Assembly: GCA_902569285.1 (NCBI GenBank)
Contig: CACFTS010000002.1
Coordinates: forward strand, 9,200 to 73,199
Source: an uncultured Pelagibacteraceae bacterium
GTDB lineage: Bacteria; Pseudomonadota; Alphaproteobacteria; Pelagibacterales; Pelagibacteraceae
DNA: 64,000 nt
Reading direction: 5' to 3'
The number at the start of each line of letters is the position of its first letter. Position 1 is the stretch's first letter. The notes below the pieces were generated by a model. The model did not search any database. It had not been told where the DNA came from and was given only the letters and a program-made list of their open reading frames with translations. The position numbers were made by a program, and so were the translations under genes. Of this stretch, positions 1-9,115 are shown in pieces.

Positions 1-2
1 AA

Positions 3-635
3 CAAGCAATGATACTTGGAACAGCTGGATTTACTTCTTTAATGAGTGCATTTGCAATTAAAGCTAGAGAAGAAATTTTATTAGGTGAAAAAGTTAATAA
101 TGTTTTAGTAACTGGAGCAACAGGTGGTGTTGGAAGTGTTGCAGTGATTATATTAAATAAAATGGGTTACAATGTAACTGCAGTAACTGGAAAAGATTCT
201 AAAGCAGATTATTTAAAATCTTTAGGTGCCAAAAGTGTTGTAAACCGAGCTGAATTTGACAAAGATCCAAGACTTATTGATAAAGGATTATGGGATGGTG
301 TTGTAGATACTGTTGGAGGTAAAATATTAGCAAATGCAATAGTTCAAACAAATCCAAACGGAATTATTACAGTTTGTGGAAATGCCAATACAAACGAACT
401 TAATACAAATGTAATTCCATTTATGCTTAGAGGAATAAAACTTTGGGGAATAGATTCTGCAAATTGCAGTATTAAAAGAAGAGAATTTATTTGGAATGAA
501 GCAGTAAATTTAATTGATTTTAGTTTATTAGAAAAATCTATTCAAACAGTTAGCTTAGAAGAATTAATTGAAATTTATCCTAAAATATTAAAAGGTGAAA
601 TTTCTGGAAGAGTTTTAGTAGACTTAAACAAATAA
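3..635 (+). CDS. acuI: Acryloyl-CoA reductase AcuI/YhdH family (MDR quinone oxidoreductase), 5'-truncated by the window edge
   Basis: Motifs GTAGFT, VTGATGGVGS, VDTVGG, PFMLRGIKLWGIDS and GRVLVD are typical of YhdH/AcuI. The frame is open to the window start. Confidence 0.85.
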   Translation, partial: QAMILGTAGFTSLMSAFAIKAREEILLGEKVNNVLVTGATGGVGSVAVIILNKMGYNVTAVTGKDSKADYLKSLGAKSVVNRAEFDKDPRLIDKGLWDGVVDTVGGKILANAIVQTNPNGIITVCGNANTNELNTNVIPFMLRGIKLWGIDSANCSIKRREFIWNEAVNLIDFSLLEKSIQTVSLEELIEIYPKILKGEISGRVLVDLNK

Positions 636-1525
636 TGGATTGGGATAAATTAAAGATATTTCACGCAGTTGCAGAAGCAGGTAGTTTTACTAACGCAACA
701 ATTAATTTAAATCTTAGTCAATCAGCAATTAGTAGACAAATCCAATCACTAGAACAAGACTTAAAAGTCCAATTATTTGAAAGACATGCTAGAGGTCTAA
801 CACTTACAGAAAATGGCGAATATGTATTTAAAACAGCTCATGAAGTTATTAGTAAATTAAAGGAAGTTGAAACTTCACTGGGTGACCAAAAAAATAAACC
901 TACAGGAAAACTAACTATTACTACTGTTAGAAGCTTTGGAACTCACTGGTTAACACCAAGAATCCAAGAGTTTATGCGTCTAAACCCAGAAATAGAGGTC
1001 GAACTGGTTTTTGATGATAAAGAGTTAGATTTGAGCACCAGACAAGCAGATATAGGTATTTTCATGAGAAGACCTAAACAACTTAATTATATTCAAAAAA
1101 AACTAGTTGATATTAAATACTATATATATGGATCAAACAAATATTTAGAAAAACATGGGATGCCTAAAACAATTGCTGATTTAAATAAGCATAAATTTAT
1201 TTCTTTTGGAAAAGGTGCTCCTTCACCAGTTTATAATCCTGACTGGGCCTTAAAACTTGGTATGCATGATGGTAAAAAAAGAAAATCTATAATGAAAGTA
1301 AATAGTGTAATGGGACTACTTTTAGCTGTAGAATCTGGTGTTGGTCTTGCAGCATTACCAGAATATTTAGTGAGCAATTCAAATAATGTTATTAAAGTAT
1401 TACCTAAATCCGAAGGCCCTATAACCGAGGCTCATTTTGTTTACCCTCAATCGCTCAAAAACACAGCTAGAGTCCAGGCTTTTAGAAACTTCTTATTCAG
1501 TAAAATAGGCGACTGGAAAGCCTAA
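635..1525 (+). CDS. LysR-type transcriptional regulator
   Basis: N-terminal LysR HTH (LKIFHAVAEAGSFT..LNLSQSAISRQIQSLE..LFERHARGLTLTENG) plus substrate-binding domain; 296 aa; overlaps the acuI stop (TAATG). Confidence 0.95.
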   Translation: MDWDKLKIFHAVAEAGSFTNATINLNLSQSAISRQIQSLEQDLKVQLFERHARGLTLTENGEYVFKTAHEVISKLKEVETSLGDQKNKPTGKLTITTVRSFGTHWLTPRIQEFMRLNPEIEVELVFDDKELDLSTRQADIGIFMRRPKQLNYIQKKLVDIKYYIYGSNKYLEKHGMPKTIADLNKHKFISFGKGAPSPVYNPDWALKLGMHDGKKRKSIMKVNSVMGLLLAVESGVGLAALPEYLVSNSNNVIKVLPKSEGPITEAHFVYPQSLKNTARVQAFRNFLFSKIGDWKA

Positions 1526-1571
1526 ATAATCTTAATACAACTCTTGGTTTAGGGTGCGACATACTTGCGAT

Positions 1572-1602
1572 TGATAATCATTCTCATTGAGAATAGTTAT
1601 CA
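1572..1602. promoter_or_regulatory. Tandem Fur-type 7-1-7 iron boxes upstream of the Fe(III)-binding protein gene
   Basis: TGATAAT-C-ATTCTCA (1572-1586) and TGAGAAT-A-GTTATCA (1588-1602) each match TGATAAT-N-ATTATCA with 1-2 mismatches and together form a 31-bp palindrome. They overlap a candidate promoter (TTGCGA at 1565-1570). Confidence 0.8.
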
Positions 1603-1632
1603 TTCTCAAATAAACTTAAAAACAGGAAATTA

Positions 1633-2661
1633 ATGAAAAAAATATCAATATTAGCATTGATCACATCTTTATTTGTATCAGCTGTTGCTGTTGCAAATGA
1701 AGTTAATGTTTTTAATGCAAGACACTATAAAGCGGATGCAGAGCTTTATTCTAAGTTTACAAATAAAACAGGAATTAAAGTTAATCTGATAAATGGAAAA
1801 TCAGGTGCCTTAGAAAAAAGAATAATTGAAGAGGGTGCTGATTCTTCTGCAGATCTTTATATCACTGCTGATGCTGGAAGATGTGGTGCAATGGATGCAA
1901 AAGGTCATCTTCAAAGTGGCTTAACATCTGCAGCTATAAAGGCTGCTGTTCCAAAAAGCTTTAGAACGAGTAAATGGGTTGGAATAGCAAAAAGAGCTAG
2001 AATAATTTATTATTCACCTGAAAGAGTTACTGGTGCTGAATTATCTGGTATGACTTATGAAGGTCTAGCTGATCCTAAATGGAAAGGTAGATTAGTAATA
2101 AGAAAATCTAGTAACATATATAATAAATCTCTTGTAGCTTCATTAATTGAGAATAATGGAAAAAAAGCTACAGCTGAATGGGCAAAAGGAGTTGTTGCAA
2201 ATATGGCTAGAGACTCTAAAGGAAATGATAGAGCTCAGATCATGGCAGTAGCAGCAGGAGAAGCTGATATTGCAGTAGCTAATACTTACTATTTAGCACT
2301 AATGTTGTCTGGTAAAAAAGGTGCTGAGCAACAAGCAGCTGCTAAAAAAGTTAAAGCTTTCTTCCCTAATCAAAATGGCAGAGGAACGCATATGAATGTT
2401 AGTTGTGCAGCCTTAGTAAAAGGAGCACCTAATAAAGATAATGCTGTTAAACTTGTAGAGTTTTTATTAACTCCACAATCTCAAGAGCACTTCACTAACA
2501 ATACATTTGAGTTTCCAATGATTGATGGTGTTTCACCAAGTCCATTAGTAGTAAATAACTTAGGATTAGATTTTCAACAAGATATGAAAACTAAACTAGC
2601 TTCTTATGGAAAAAATCAAGCTGCTGCCTTAGAAGTAATGACAGCCGCTGGTTGGAAATAA
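1633..2661 (+). CDS. fbpA: Fe(III) ABC transporter substrate-binding protein (FbpA/FutA; SAR11 SfuC-like)
   Basis: Signal peptide; motifs EVNVFNARHY, ADLYITADAG, SSNIYNKSLVAS, GNDRAQI, NTYYLA (tandem Tyr iron ligands), GTHMNVS. Confidence 0.93.
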   Translation: MKKISILALITSLFVSAVAVANEVNVFNARHYKADAELYSKFTNKTGIKVNLINGKSGALEKRIIEEGADSSADLYITADAGRCGAMDAKGHLQSGLTSAAIKAAVPKSFRTSKWVGIAKRARIIYYSPERVTGAELSGMTYEGLADPKWKGRLVIRKSSNIYNKSLVASLIENNGKKATAEWAKGVVANMARDSKGNDRAQIMAVAAGEADIAVANTYYLALMLSGKKGAEQQAAAKKVKAFFPNQNGRGTHMNVSCAALVKGAPNKDNAVKLVEFLLTPQSQEHFTNNTFEFPMIDGVSPSPLVVNNLGLDFQQDMKTKLASYGKNQAAALEVMTAAGWK

Positions 2662-2664
2662 TTA

Positions 2665-2835
2665 GTGAAAAAAGAAAAGAAATTTATGTCTGAAATTGAT
2701 TTGAATAAATCTTCCATAGCATGTTCCCCATGTAATCAGGAGTGTAAAAAAATCAATGAAAGAATAAATAAAAGAAAAATGTCTCAAATTAAAACTAAGG
2801 AGGTTCCGCATATCCTAAAAGTATTTAATTTTTGA
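2665..2835 (+). CDS. Unannotated 56-aa small protein with a CxxCxxxC motif
   Basis: GTG 3 nt after the fbpA stop (alternative ATG at 2686), open to TGA at 2833-2835: MKKEKKFMSEIDLNKSSIACSPCNQECKKINERINKRKMSQIKTKEVPHILKVFNF. It fills an otherwise unusually long spacer. Confidence 0.55.
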   Translation: MKKEKKFMSEIDLNKSSIACSPCNQECKKINERINKRKMSQIKTKEVPHILKVFNF

Positions 2836-2846
2836 TTTTCTTAAAT

Positions 2847-2892
2847 AGTGTCCGCTGTAAATGGGGATTTATTGTGGACACTTTACTTTTTT
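2847..2892 (+). terminator. Intrinsic terminator / attenuator-like hairpin between the small ORF and the permease
   Basis: AGTGTCCGCTGTAAAT-GGGG-ATTTATTGTGGACACT stem (G-U pairs, one mismatch) followed by TTACTTTTTT. Confidence 0.65.
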
Positions 2893-2914
2893 CATTTATA
2901 AGGCGGATTATAAT

Positions 2915-4537
2915 ATGAAATTCAATAGCTGGTATCTTAGTTCTTTTTTAATTTCTTTTTTTGTATTAATTCCAATTATTACGGTATTTACAAGTTTCTT
3001 TGAAAGCACGTCTAATTATTATGAAATTTTAAAAAATACTTTTTTAATAGAGTATATCTTTAATTCAGTTGTATTATTAATATCAGTATTGATTTTAACA
3101 TTTCTATTAGGCACAGGAACAGCTTACTTAGTATCTTTTTATAAATTTCCAGGAAGTAATTTTTTTAAATGGACACTCATTTTATCTTTTGCAGTTCCTC
3201 CTTATATTTATGCTTATTCTTTAACAGCTTTTTTTGAAAACTATGGTACCGCTTTTACTATTTTAAAAAGCTTATTTGGTGACGCTAACTACAATAAAAG
3301 TATACCAAAATTTGATGGCATGTTTGGAGCAATAATATCAATTAGCTTTTCTTTGTTTGCTTATGTTTATATTCTCGTTAGAGCATCTTTTTTATATCAG
3401 TCACAAAACTTAATAGATTTAGGAAAAAATCTTGGTTTTTCAAAATTTAAATCTTTTTATAAAATAATATTACCAGCTGCTAGACCTGCAATTGTTGCTG
3501 GCTTATCGTTAGTTGCTATGGAAACCCTAGCAGAGTTTGGAGCAGTAGATTTTTTTTCTATAAATACTTTAACTACTGGTATTTATAACTCTTGGATAAC
3601 TTTTGATGATTTAGCTTTTGCTAACCGAATATCTTTCTTTTTATTATTGTTTATATTTTCATTATTTGTGCTTGAAAATTTATCTAGACGAAAAGCAAAA
3701 TATCATTTCAATGCGAGAGGTGGTTTTAAACAAAAAGAAAAATTTAAACTTTCTGGTAATAAATCTTTTTTTAGCATTCATATTCTGTTTTTTTGTATTT
3801 TTTATGAGCTTTTTATTTCCATTAAGTCAAATGTTATATTGGACACTAAAATTTCCAGAAAACTTATTTGATCTACAAATAACTGATCTTTTATTAAATA
3901 CTCTTTATTTAGTTTTTTTTGTCTAGTTTAGTTTTAATATTATTTTCTTTGATATCTAACTATGGGAATAGAGTATCTAATAATAAAACTTTAAATATTT
4001 TGTCTACTTTGTCTATTTCTGGTTATGCAATTCCTGGAGTAATTTTGGCTATTGCTTTTATAACTTTTATTGCTTGGTTTGATGAAAATATAATTAAGTC
4101 ATTAGGTTTTTTATCTATTAAAAAATTGTTCATTGGTTCAATTCTTGGATTAGTTTTAGTTTATTTTGTAAGATTTTATTCTTTGGCTTTTAATGGAATA
4201 AAATCTGGATATGAAAAAATTAATATTTCAGTTGATGAGAGTGCGTACCTTCTTGGTTTTTTCAAAAAGAAAAACTTTTATAAATATTCACGTTCCTTTT
4301 TTGAGAAATTCTCTTTTATTTATTATAATTTTAATATCGTTAGAAATAGTACGAGAATTACCTATAACCCTTATTTTAAGACCTTTTAACTTTGAAACTT
4401 TTGCAACTACTGCTTATATTTCTGCATCTGAGGACTTATTAGAGGCTGCTGCAGTACCTTCATTATTTTTAATTTTAATTGCAAGTTTCTTCATTATAAT
4501 TACTTCAAAATATATATTAAGAGAATCTAATGACTAA
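2915..4537 (+). pseudogene. fbpB: Fe(III) ABC transporter permease (FbpB/SfuB), split into four ORFs by three +1 T homopolymer frameshifts; probably intact in vivo (assembly error) or a recent pseudogene
   Basis: Both permease halves are present (SFAVPPYIYAY..ARPAIVAGLSLVAMETLAEFG; GYAIPGVILAI..ELPITLILRPFNFETFAT). Removing one T from each run at 3766-3772, 3913-3920 and 4257-4262 restores one 539-aa ORF from ATG 2915. Confidence 0.85.
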
Positions 4538-5591
4538 AAATTTTTTTGAAGTTAAAAATGTTGATTTTAATGTAGGCGAAAAAACCAAAGTTAAAAATGT
4601 ATCTTTTTCTATAAAGAATGAAGGCGATGTTATATGTCTTTTAGGTCCCTCAGGTATTGGAAAAACTACAATCTTAAGAACAATTGCTGGACTAGAAAAG
4701 ATTGATAATGGATCAATTGAATTAAATAATAAAATATTATCTTCAAAAACAACTAATGTAGAACCAGAAAATAGAAATATATCTCTAGCGTTCCAAGATA
4801 ATAGCTTGTTTCCTCATTATACAGTTGAAAAAAATATATTGTTAGGAGCTGAGAGAAATAAGGAAAAGAAAGATAAAAAGATTGGTTTAAAAGAAATAGT
4901 TGATTTGCTTGATATTTTTCACATATTAAATAAATATCCTCATCAAATTAGCGCTGGAGAAGCTCAAAGAGCATCACTCGCAAGATCTCTAATAACTCAA
5001 CCTGATCTTTTATTGTTAGATGAACCTCTATCTAATGTTGATCAAAGTTTTAAAGAAGAAATTCAGGTTAGATTAAAAAAAATACTTAATAAATTAAAGA
5101 TTACCACAATAATTGTTACACATGATTCTTATGAAGCTTTTTATCTAGGCTCAAAATGTGGAATAATCTTAAATCAAGAATTAAAACAATTTGATGATCC
5201 TTATAAAGTTTATCATTTCCCAAACTCTGTTGAGGTTGTTAATTTTTTAAATAGAGGAATATTAATTCCAGCTAAAGTAACTGGTGAAAACACATTAGAA
5301 AATTGGGATTTAGGAACAATTGAAGGAAATTTTATTAAACAATACCCAAAAGGTTCAAATGTACAATTATTACTTCAACCTGAAGATTTAGAACATGATG
5401 ATAAAAGTAACTTAAAACTTGAGGTAGTTGATAGAAAATTTAGAGGTACAAATTTTATTTACACACTTAAAACACCCAGTAATGCATTAATTCCAGTTTT
5501 TGTACATTCACATCACATTCATCAGCATGAAGTAGATGAAAAATTTGGTATTAAAAGACCAATTCATATTGATCATATAGTTTGCTTCTAA
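4530..5591 (+). CDS. fbpC: Fe(III) ABC transporter ATP-binding protein (FbpC/SfuA)
   Basis: Walker A GPSGIGKT, signature ISAGEAQR, Walker B LLLLDEP, C-terminal TOBE-like region with HSHHIHQH. Confidence 0.92.
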   Translation: MTKNFFEVKNVDFNVGEKTKVKNVSFSIKNEGDVICLLGPSGIGKTTILRTIAGLEKIDNGSIELNNKILSSKTTNVEPENRNISLAFQDNSLFPHYTVEKNILLGAERNKEKKDKKIGLKEIVDLLDIFHILNKYPHQISAGEAQRASLARSLITQPDLLLLDEPLSNVDQSFKEEIQVRLKKILNKLKITTIIVTHDSYEAFYLGSKCGIILNQELKQFDDPYKVYHFPNSVEVVNFLNRGILIPAKVTGENTLENWDLGTIEGNFIKQYPKGSNVQLLLQPEDLEHDDKSNLKLEVVDRKFRGTNFIYTLKTPSNALIPVFVHSHHIHQHEVDEKFGIKRPIHIDHIVCF

Positions 5592-5610
5592 TAAAAAGCT
5601 TTTTAATAAA

Positions 5611-6306
5611 ATGAATAGTAATTTTAAAATTTTTTTAAAAGGTATTATTGATGTAAGTCCATTAATGATACCAGTAGTTCCTTTTGGTTTAATATTTGGT
5701 ATTTTAGCAATTGATATTGGATTCACTCCATTAGCTACCATGGGAATGTCCTTAATAATTTTTGGTGGTGCGTCTCAAATAGTTCTTTTGCAGTTATTTT
5801 CTGGCGGAGCATCTTCCTTAGTTATTATAAGCTCAGTAGGAGCAGTAAATTCAAGACATTTGCTTTACGGTGCGGTTGTTTCTGAACACGTGTCAGACCT
5901 AAAGTTATTTTGGAAAATTATTATCTCATACTTTTTAATTGATCAGGCTTTTGCTAGATCAAATGAGTATTTCAAAAAAAGCAATGATAAGAATAAATAT
6001 TTTCATTTAATTGGAGGAGGAGTTACTTGTTGGGTAATTTGGCAAACTACAACATTTTTAGGAATTATTTTAGGTTCAGCGATTCCTGAAAAACTTGGTT
6101 TAAGTTTTGCAGTGCCATTAACTTTTTTAGCATTATTAGTTAATGATTTTAGAAAAATGATAAATTTGATTGTTATTATAATTTCAGGCTTGGTAGCTAC
6201 ATTTGGATATAATTATATTCCTTATAAAGCTTATGTGATTGTAGCTGCTTTTGCAGGATTATTTACAGCGATGATTTTAACAAAAATAATAAAAAAATAT
6301 GAGTGA
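5611..6306 (+). CDS. azlC: AzlC family branched-chain amino acid exporter, large subunit
   Basis: Motifs PFGLIFG, MSLIIFGGASQ, VNSRHLLYG, LIDQAFA; multi-TM. Confidence 0.9.
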   Translation: MNSNFKIFLKGIIDVSPLMIPVVPFGLIFGILAIDIGFTPLATMGMSLIIFGGASQIVLLQLFSGGASSLVIISSVGAVNSRHLLYGAVVSEHVSDLKLFWKIIISYFLIDQAFARSNEYFKKSNDKNKYFHLIGGGVTCWVIWQTTTFLGIILGSAIPEKLGLSFAVPLTFLALLVNDFRKMINLIVIIISGLVATFGYNYIPYKAYVIVAAFAGLFTAMILTKIIKKYE

Positions 6307-6613
6307 TTGGGCTTTAATTATTTATTGTGGATTGATAACTTTTTTAACAAGATTTTTAATGATAGCTCTTCTTAAAAAAGAGATGTTTAATGATAGAATA
6401 AGGGAAGTTTTATCCTATGTTCCATCTGCAATCTTTCCAGCAATTATATTTCCTGCTATATTCTTAGATAATAATGGATTAATACATTTAGAAAATAATC
6501 CAAAAATTTTGGCAGCAATTATCGCTATGGGCGTTGGAATTTTTAGCAGAAATATTCTTGCGACAATTTTTTCTGGATTAGCCTCTTATTGGTTTTTAAT
6601 ATTTGTTGTATAA
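6299..6613 (+). CDS. azlD: AzlD family small subunit
   Basis: TFLTRF..LSYVPSAIFPAII; 104 aa, hydrophobic, overlaps azlC. Confidence 0.85.
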   Translation: MSDWALIIYCGLITFLTRFLMIALLKKEMFNDRIREVLSYVPSAIFPAIIFPAIFLDNNGLIHLENNPKILAAIIAMGVGIFSRNILATIFSGLASYWFLIFVV

Positions 6614-6619
6614 AATTTA

Positions 6620-6988
6620 ATGAGAAAATTTTTTATATTTATTTTTTGTATATTTGTATTTAGCGCCAATGCATTAGAGAAAATAACAACTTTTAATAAA
6701 GAATTGTTTGATAAAGCACAATCAGACGGCAAGGTTGTGGTAGTAAATGCTTGGGCTAAATATTGTTCATCTTGTGCGAGTCAAATGAAAGTTTTAGATA
6801 AAGCAAAAAGTGAATTTAATAACATTGAATACTTTACATTTGAAATAACAAATAAAGAAATTTCTAGCTTACTAAATGTGCAATATCAAACTACACTTTT
6901 AATTTTTAAAAATAATAAAGAAATTTATAGAAGTATTGGTGAAACAAGTAGAGACGCAATTTACAAAGCTATAAAATCTTCAATTTAA
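6620..6988 (+). CDS. Exported thioredoxin-family protein
   Basis: Signal peptide (..SANA), WAKYCSSC CxxC motif, TTLLIFKNNKEI thioredoxin strand. Confidence 0.8.
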   Translation: MRKFFIFIFCIFVFSANALEKITTFNKELFDKAQSDGKVVVVNAWAKYCSSCASQMKVLDKAKSEFNNIEYFTFEITNKEISSLLNVQYQTTLLIFKNNKEIYRSIGETSRDAIYKAIKSSI

Positions 6989-7638
6989 ATTTTTTTGTTT
7001 ACGACAAAAAATAATTTTCGTGGAAATTTACCTTCTTCAAATTTTTCAAGAGTAATATTTTTAAATCCATTTAATAAAGAACTTACTTTTTCCTCTGAAA
7101 AATAATGAACAATAAATCCATCATTTTCATAAAGATCTTCTCCTATATGGATTCCGTTTTTAAAATCACCATCATTTGTATGACGTACGGTGTAAATATT
7201 AATACCACCTGGTTTTAAAATTCTATGAATTTCATTATTTAATTTTTTTAAATCTTTTGTTGTCATGGCCATACAATAAAGCATATGAGAATAACAAGCC
7301 TCTATAGAATTATCTTCAAATGGAAGTTTTTTTCTTACATCAAATAATTTTGTTGAAATAAAATTTGATAGATTATTTTTTTTAATTTTTTGATTAATAA
7401 CTTTAATTCCTGAAAGACTATAGTCTAAAGCAATAGTATTAATTGAATTTTTTGCAAAAAATATAGAGTCTCTACCTAGTCCTGCTCCTATCTCAACTAT
7501 TTTATCTATTTTCTTTTCTTTAAATAATTTTAAAGATTTTTCTGCTGATAAACTTTGAGTTAATCCAAACATCTCAGGTTTACTTGAGAAGTTGTCTTCC
7601 CAATACTGAGATTGTTTGTCTAATTTTTTTTGATCCAA
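6985..7638 (-). CDS. Class I SAM-dependent methyltransferase
   Basis: Motif I VEIGAGLGRD, ALDYS, LPFEDNS, EIHRILKPGG; TTG start. Confidence 0.88.
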   Translation of the reverse strand: MDQKKLDKQSQYWEDNFSSKPEMFGLTQSLSAEKSLKLFKEKKIDKIVEIGAGLGRDSIFFAKNSINTIALDYSLSGIKVINQKIKKNNLSNFISTKLFDVRKKLPFEDNSIEACYSHMLYCMAMTTKDLKKLNNEIHRILKPGGINIYTVRHTNDGDFKNGIHIGEDLYENDGFIVHYFSEEKVSSLLNGFKNITLEKFEEGKFPRKLFFVVNKKI

Positions 7639-7640
7639 AT

Positions 7641-8303
7641 TTATTTTACTGGGTCTGGAACTTTACGTAAATAAGGTTTTAAAGTTTCCCAACCATCTGG
7701 ATATATTTTTTTTGCTTCTTCATCTTTAACTGCAGGAACAATAATCACATCTTCTCCCGGTTTCCAATCTGCAGGTGTAGCGATTTTATGTTTTGCTGTA
7801 CGCTGCATTGAATCGATAGCTCTCAATATCTCTTGAAAGTTACGTCCAGTTGTCATTGGATAAGTTAAAAATAAACCTATTCTTTTATCTGGTCTAATAA
7901 CATACACGGTTCTAACTGTCTGGTTATCTACAGCAGTACGTCCCATGGATGTTGTTCCCGCATCTCCTTCTAGCATATTAAAAAGTTTTGCAACTTCTAG
8001 CTTTTCATCTGCTACGATTGGATAATTTGGTTTTAACCCACAAACATCTTTAATATCGTCTAACCATTTAACATGATCAGATACTGGATCTACACTTAAA
8101 CCCATAACTTTTACATTTCTTTTTTCAAATTCAGGTTTCATTTTAGCTAATGCACCAAGTTCGGTTGTACAAACAGGTGTAAAATCTTTTGGGTGAGAAA
8201 ATAAAATTCCCCAGCTATCTCCAAGCCATTTATGAAAAGATAATTTTCCTTCAGAAGTTTCTGCCGTAAAATCTGGTGCCATACTATTGATTTTTAAAGT
8301 CAT
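7641..8303 (-). CDS. 1-Cys peroxiredoxin (Prx6 family)
   Basis: FSHPKDFTPVCTTELG active site, YPMTTGRNF, ATPADWKPG. Confidence 0.95.
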   Translation of the reverse strand: MTLKINSMAPDFTAETSEGKLSFHKWLGDSWGILFSHPKDFTPVCTTELGALAKMKPEFEKRNVKVMGLSVDPVSDHVKWLDDIKDVCGLKPNYPIVADEKLEVAKLFNMLEGDAGTTSMGRTAVDNQTVRTVYVIRPDKRIGLFLTYPMTTGRNFQEILRAIDSMQRTAKHKIATPADWKPGEDVIIVPAVKDEEAKKIYPDGWETLKPYLRKVPDPVK

Positions 8304-8386
8304 TCTATGCTCCTTTTAGTTATTATTTAAAAGATTATAATCAAGATTTAATTGCCATGCAATTTTTTATAGTTTAAATTTTACCA

Positions 8387-9079
8387 ATGGTGTTTGAGCA
8401 ATTATTCGATACTAAATCTTCAACTTACACGTACATTATTTCAAGTGGAAAAGGTAGGGAAGCTTTAATAATTGATCCTGTAATTGAACATACTGATGAA
8501 TACATAAAAGTTTTAAAAAATTTAGAATTAAAATTAGTTAAAGTAATAGACACACACATTCATGCTGATCATATAACAGGTTTAAATGAATTAAACAAAA
8601 GAACTAACTGCATAAGAATTATGGGAGAAAAATCCAAATCAGAAGTTGTTGATGTTAGATTAAAAGATAACGAAAAAATAAAAGTAGAAAGTATTGAGCT
8701 TGAAACAATATATACTCCGGGTCATACTGATTGCTCCTATAGTTATTTAATGAATGATAGAGTTTTTACAGGAGATACTCTTTTAATAAATGGAACAGGA
8801 AGAACTGATTTTCAAAATGGTAGTTCTTATGATGCTTACGATTCTTTGTTCAATAAATTACTAAAATTGCCAGAAAAAACCTTGGTGTTTCCAGCCCATG
8901 ATTATAACGGAAAAAAAAATTCAACTATTGAAAATGAAAAAAATAACAATCCACGACTTCAAGTAAGTTCAAAAGAAGAATATGCAGAAATTATGGATAA
9001 TTTAAATTTAGCAAATCCAAAAATGATGGATGTTGCAGTTCCAGCTAATTTAAAAGGTCTTACATTAAATCAGATTTAG
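8387..9079 (+). CDS. ETHE1-like persulfide dioxygenase (metallo-beta-lactamase fold)
   Basis: QLFDTKSSTYTY, DTHIHADHITG, TPGHT, FTGDTLLINGTGRTDFQNG, PAHDY, PKMMDVAVPAN. Confidence 0.9.
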   Translation: MVFEQLFDTKSSTYTYIISSGKGREALIIDPVIEHTDEYIKVLKNLELKLVKVIDTHIHADHITGLNELNKRTNCIRIMGEKSKSEVVDVRLKDNEKIKVESIELETIYTPGHTDCSYSYLMNDRVFTGDTLLINGTGRTDFQNGSSYDAYDSLFNKLLKLPEKTLVFPAHDYNGKKNSTIENEKNNNPRLQVSSKEEYAEIMDNLNLANPKMMDVAVPANLKGLTLNQI

Positions 9080-9115
9080 CTTTAATCAATAGTAATTAAA
9101 TAGTATTAGTTCTTT

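Noticed and set aside
2861-2914. ORF-track N-terminal extension of the permease (MGIYCGHF...)
   Set aside because: It lies inside the terminator hairpin. ATG 2915, preceded by AAGGCGG, gives a normal FbpB start.
3618-4389. Separate small ORFs 3618-3926 and 3919-4389
   Set aside because: They are out-of-frame pieces of the single frameshifted permease.
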